A stretch of DNA of 64,000 bases from a bacterium (GTDB lineage Bacteria; Electryoneota; Electryoneia; Electryoneales; Electryoneaceae): NCBI GenBank assembly GCA_963669175.1, contig OY769902.1:96001-160000 (forward strand), in the 5' to 3' direction. Below are positions 59,812-64,000 of this stretch, piece by piece (within the stretch, counting starts at the first letter, position 1; every line of letters starts with the position of its first letter). A program made the translations under genes and the position numbers. Below the pieces are notes generated by a model. The model searched no databases. It was not told the origin of the DNA and saw only the letters and a list, made by a program, of their open reading frames with translations.

Positions 59812-62106
59812 ATGTCGAGAATTCGTTTGTTGCTTATTACAGCGCTGTTTCTTGCCAGCACACCGGTTTTCGCTCAAGACAGCCTGAACATCAGCTCGGT
59901 CAGCACGTTCATGAATTACTGGGGCGAACCGGCCAGTATTGCTGTTGTTGGTGATATTGCCTATGTAGGTGTTCTCAATCATGGACTCGCCGTGTTGGAT
60001 ATCTCCAACCCCACAGCACCCCGGGAAATCCGGACAGTGATTCCAGCCAAGGATGTTTACGGCCTGCAAATCAACCAGAATTTTCTCTACGCTGCTTGTC
60101 ATACTGACGGCCTGCTTGTCCTTGATATCAGTACTCCTGAGAGTCCGCAGTACCTGAATACGGTCACCCCTGAAGCGTATCCACATGAGCTTTGGATGGA
60201 ACAGGGGTACCTGCTGTGCAAAGGAATGCATAGCTGGTCGGGAATTGGAAATGGCGGATACTCTCTTCCTTTTTACGTATATGACTTGACAGATCCATCC
60301 TGTCCCGTAGAAATAGACCATATTCCCTATGAAACCAGCCGTCAGAATCCTTGTGAGTGGATGGATGCGACCTTTCTGGACAGCACAACTTTGCTTCATG
60401 GAGAAGGATACTGGGCGTCTGTGTATTCGTTATCAGAGGATGGATTTGTAAGTCTTGGTGAATGGCCAGCCAGGTTTTATTCAAACACAATGGCTGCTAT
60501 GGATACATTCCTGTTTATTCAAGAAGATGGTTATCTTCAGGTAATATCTGTTTCTGACCGGCAGAATCCAGAATTGATCACAGTTGTTGAGAATGAGGGC
60601 TATTGCGATCGGATGCGGGTGTCAGGAGATACACTGGTAGTGGCTAATTTCGGCTATAGTCCATACGTCGGTATCAGTATCTTTGATATCAGTGATCCCA
60701 CCAATCTGCAGAGAATTTGTAACTTCGAGATGGCTGAGCATATCAATGATTACGCTATCCAAAACGACACACTCTTTACTGTCAGGCATATTAACAATGG
60801 GACAGATAGAATGGCCATCTGGGCACACAATGACCAGAACGAATTCACATTTCTTGGCGAGTATTCGGATCCTGGCGGGGCATTAGCGCTGGCTGCCTAC
60901 GATACTCTGCTGTATGTTGCGAAAGGAATTAACGGTTGTTCCATCGTGTCACTGGCTGATCCCGAACACCCGCAGATTATCAATGAAATCCAACCGCCTG
61001 TACAAGATACCGAGTGTATTTTTGTTAAGATTGAAGATGATTACCTCTTTCTTCTGACCTCCCTTGATTCCAATGGCTATCTGCACATATACACGTTAAC
61101 TCAGCCCGATGCACCTGAATTTCAATGTAGTCTAACTATTAACATAAACAATGCATTACAAACACTTGACTATTGTTCCTTCAATGGTGACAGTCTGCTT
61201 GCGGTAATGAAATACAACGGTGAAAGTTATGTGTCTATTCTGAATATTGCGGACCCTCAGAATCCGGAATTCTGTTCAACGATTCCAGGTCTGGGCTTTG
61301 GAATTGTTGAAGGAAATCGCTTCTATAATGCAGCCTACGGTATCAGAATCTGGGACATTTCGGATCCGTATACCCCAGAACAAATAAATGTCTATGCTGA
61401 TGAGTTTTATGGCGATCCTGTTGTCTATCATGGGATACTGTTTGAAACCGGATGCTGGGCGTTCAGCGAGCCGGCATTCCAGATTTTCGACTTACGTGAT
61501 CCGTCAAACCCAACCAGGATTTACCGTCGCTACCATACATATTTGGGTATTCGAGGGATGTGGAGTCATTTCCTGCTGACAACTGAATATGACACGACGG
61601 GTACATACCATCGTATTGTCATCAAGGACGTCTTCCAACCTTCAGCTCCTCACAATAGTGGCTCTTATCGTTCCCCCTATATAATGAGTGAGCTAGAGGT
61701 AGTGGGGGAAAACTACCTGGTAGGTGCAGCCCGAAGTAACTCGACTCCCTATCGCTACGTACAGGTTTTCGAAGCCGGGGAAGCGCTGGGGGTGGAAGAA
61801 GATCCTGTTTCAGATGGGGTGATGCCTTCCGGTTTCGCCATCGAATCGATCTACCCCAACCCGTTCAACAGCGCCACGACAATCCGTTACACTCTGCCGG
61901 AAACCGGAGATGTGCGTGTCGGTGTCTATACGGTTACCGGGCAGGAAGTATTTTCGCAAACCTTGTCGGGAAGGAATTCCGGGGCGCACCTGTGGTCGTG
62001 GGCAGGTTCCGGATCAGACGGCAGTACACTTGCATCCGGCATGTACTTCATCCGAATGGAGTGGGAAGGACAGACACAAGCTGTAAAAGTCTTGCTGCTG
62101 AAATAA
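59812..62106 (+). CDS. Secreted LVIVD-repeat (beta-propeller) protein with a YPNPFN C-terminal sorting domain
   Basis: Signal peptide and repeated GL.VLDIS.P..P / IFDISDP units. Tail YPNPFN...LASGMYF...LLK. Confidence 0.92.
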   Translation: MSRIRLLLITALFLASTPVFAQDSLNISSVSTFMNYWGEPASIAVVGDIAYVGVLNHGLAVLDISNPTAPREIRTVIPAKDVYGLQINQNFLYAACHTDGLLVLDISTPESPQYLNTVTPEAYPHELWMEQGYLLCKGMHSWSGIGNGGYSLPFYVYDLTDPSCPVEIDHIPYETSRQNPCEWMDATFLDSTTLLHGEGYWASVYSLSEDGFVSLGEWPARFYSNTMAAMDTFLFIQEDGYLQVISVSDRQNPELITVVENEGYCDRMRVSGDTLVVANFGYSPYVGISIFDISDPTNLQRICNFEMAEHINDYAIQNDTLFTVRHINNGTDRMAIWAHNDQNEFTFLGEYSDPGGALALAAYDTLLYVAKGINGCSIVSLADPEHPQIINEIQPPVQDTECIFVKIEDDYLFLLTSLDSNGYLHIYTLTQPDAPEFQCSLTININNALQTLDYCSFNGDSLLAVMKYNGESYVSILNIADPQNPEFCSTIPGLGFGIVEGNRFYNAAYGIRIWDISDPYTPEQINVYADEFYGDPVVYHGILFETGCWAFSEPAFQIFDLRDPSNPTRIYRRYHTYLGIRGMWSHFLLTTEYDTTGTYHRIVIKDVFQPSAPHNSGSYRSPYIMSELEVVGENYLVGAARSNSTPYRYVQVFEAGEALGVEEDPVSDGVMPSGFAIESIYPNPFNSATTIRYTLPETGDVRVGVYTVTGQEVFSQTLSGRNSGAHLWSWAGSGSDGSTLASGMYFIRMEWEGQTQAVKVLLLK

Positions 62107-62178
62107 TCCTCTTGATAAACGCAGCGGATATATAGTGGAGATGTTTCGCCTCATCGCGATATACATGCTTATGAACAT

Positions 62179-62280
62179 TCCCGACTTTGCTCATCAACTT
62201 CTGCTACAGGAAAAAACTCTGTATCCAAATCAAGTACGAAAAGAATACTAATATCAGCACAGGGCAAAATCGGGCCACCC
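62179..62280 (-). repeat. 102-nt conserved-end element with both stem arms extended by one base
   Basis: Minus strand reads GGGTGGCCCGATTTTGC...GAGCAAAGTCGGGA. Confidence 0.8.
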
Positions 62281-62411
62281 AGTCTAACGCCTTCGGAGCA
62301 AAGCTATCAATATCCCTTTTCGTGTCGTCAACAACTGAAGGACTAACTTCTTGAAATGAATTAAAATAGACCCCGCCGGACAAGCCGGACGGGGCCAAGT
62401 AGCGAAACATT

Positions 62412-64000
62412 TTACTTCAACAAAGTCGCTTTCTGTACTGTCGAAAAAGCCCCGGCTTCCATCCGAACGAAATAAATACCGGACGCGAAGCCATGTCCGT
62501 TCCAGGTGAAACTGTGACTGCCCTGGACAAGGGTGCGGTTTGTTACTGTCGCCACCTCACGCCCCAGCACATCATACACAGCGACTTTGACATGCCGGGT
62601 TTCAGGGATATCAACCTGCACATGCACTACCGGATTGAATGGATTCGGGTAAACCGGATGCAGCTTGAATTCGTGGGGCAGGGTGTTATCTGAAATCTCC
62701 TTCACGCCCACATAACCATCAACAATATGCTGGGTATACAGATCCCTGAAATCAGAGAAATCATAGTCCCTGGAATAATCCGCACGGTCATCGACCCAGG
62801 CGACAAGAATGCCGCCAGCCCCATCAGGAACAGCATGTAATTCGCTGATACATGCGGACACCTCTGTCAATAACAATCCATTGTCACGGTCATAAGCATC
62901 GTCCACCAACACGCCCGATTCATCGATATGCGCATAGCGCAATTCTGCTTCATCTTCGTAACGGTTGATGTAGTAGTGTTCGGTCCAAACAACCCAGAGA
63001 TCATTATAGGGGCCGGCTACCAGTTCATGACGATGACGGAATGAAGCTTCATTTACAGCAATGACGCCATTTTCAAAATCCAGCAATGGTGTGCCATCCC
63101 AATCAAAGCGCTGGGAGAAAATCGCCGCAGGGTTCAGGTCGTTGTCGCTGTTTTGCCAGACAAGCCAGAAGAAGGATGATTCATCCTGTGCCGGTTCGAT
63201 GTCGAAAGCGATTGCTGAATGATCAACCAACTCGATACCGTTCAAGGAATCCGGCCAGAGCAGCTCGCCATCATCCTGCACTGCTTGAGCACGCAAACTA
63301 TACAGATCCTCGTCCAGGTAATCCTGCCAGACAACAAGCAGGACATCATCAATCATCCGAATTTCAACAGTTGCCGGAATGAGATTTGGGGACTGCTCTA
63401 CAAGGACAGATGACCAGAGTAAATCGCCTGTTCCGGAATAGGTAGCGGCGAGGATGGAATTGCTGCCATCGTCTTCCACACGTCGCCCGATAACCGTAAG
63501 CAAATCGTAGGATTGAGTGAAACTGCTCAACAGGTGAATGGGCCTGAAGGGATCTGACAGCGCGTCGATACCATTTACACGGCCGCCCGTCCAGGCAGGT
63601 TCACCATCTGAGGTAAGTTGTTGGAGACGTACCCAACGATGTCCCATGTAAAACCGTTCAAACGCCACATTGATCCGGTCCTCGCTGTCAAGTGAAAACA
63701 TGGGCGAGATATCGTAATGCAGCAGCCCCGGTTCACATACGACAGCGCCAGTGTCTGCAAAAAGCATTTCACCGGCCGGGGATGTTTTCTGGACCATGAC
63801 ATGCTGCGTTGACGGGCTCCGGCTATCCGACCAGACCGAGATCAGCTCTCCAGCCGAGTTTATACGGGATGAAAGCGTATCAACAAAAAGGGAATCGTTC
63901 GGATATCCGGGGATCAGGTTGTTTCCCACAACGTCCCAAAGACGTTCGCCTGTATCCAGAGAAATGGCTTGCGAACAGGGAGTATTCCGGTACTCGTAGT
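62412..64000 (-). CDS. Secreted repeat protein (DGAGG...W.D.R beta-propeller-like) with a YPNPFN C-terminal sorting domain; 5' end outside the window
   Basis: Frame is open from 63929 to the window end on manual check. Motifs PDGAGGILVAWVDDR and YPNPFNP...ASGIYF...LLK. Confidence 0.9.
   Translation of the reverse strand, partial: YEYRNTPCSQAISLDTGERLWDVVGNNLIPGYPNDSLFVDTLSSRINSAGELISVWSDSRSPSTQHVMVQKTSPAGEMLFADTGAVVCEPGLLHYDISPMFSLDSEDRINVAFERFYMGHRWVRLQQLTSDGEPAWTGGRVNGIDALSDPFRPIHLLSSFTQSYDLLTVIGRRVEDDGSNSILAATYSGTGDLLWSSVLVEQSPNLIPATVEIRMIDDVLLVVWQDYLDEDLYSLRAQAVQDDGELLWPDSLNGIELVDHSAIAFDIEPAQDESSFFWLVWQNSDNDLNPAAIFSQRFDWDGTPLLDFENGVIAVNEASFRHRHELVAGPYNDLWVVWTEHYYINRYEDEAELRYAHIDESGVLVDDAYDRDNGLLLTEVSACISELHAVPDGAGGILVAWVDDRADYSRDYDFSDFRDLYTQHIVDGYVGVKEISDNTLPHEFKLHPVYPNPFNPVVHVQVDIPETRHVKVAVYDVLGREVATVTNRTLVQGSHSFTWNGHGFASGIYFVRMEAGAFSTVQKATLLK

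Overview
Bacterial chromosomal window of about 50% GC with AT-rich patches. Five secreted proteins carry a YPNPFN-type C-terminal sorting domain, which suggests an FCB-group or candidate-phylum organism (inference). Gene content in order: three tandem PAS-rich sensor kinases and an OmpR-type two-component pair (1-13.3 kb), sdhCDAB, a PLP aminotransferase, a GT2/sugar-kinase pair, ilvE-nusB, an acyl-CoA dehydrogenase, nudC, ogt, a nitroreductase with a Sat/CysC fusion, fumC and a porin. I saw no rRNA, tRNA, CRISPR array, transposase, integrase or reverse transcriptase. Almost every large intergenic gap holds palindromic REP/REPIN-like elements from at least seven families. Best leads: (1) a dispersed family of ~99-nt elements with conserved, covarying inverted ends and a fixed-length but sequence-variable interior (12 units at 7 loci, often beside accessory genes); (2) a two-gene secreted-protein cassette bracketed by ~380-bp direct repeats, with a TTGACA...G13...TATCTT promoter that looks phase-variable; (3) a DUF5678-like small protein paired with a retropepsin-like protease bearing a SEC-C motif; (4) a very AT-rich solo SF1 helicase-like gene; (5) GC-mosaic secreted beta-helix genes; (6) several enzymes with degenerate catalytic motifs. 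All calls come from motif reading by eye, with no database searches.
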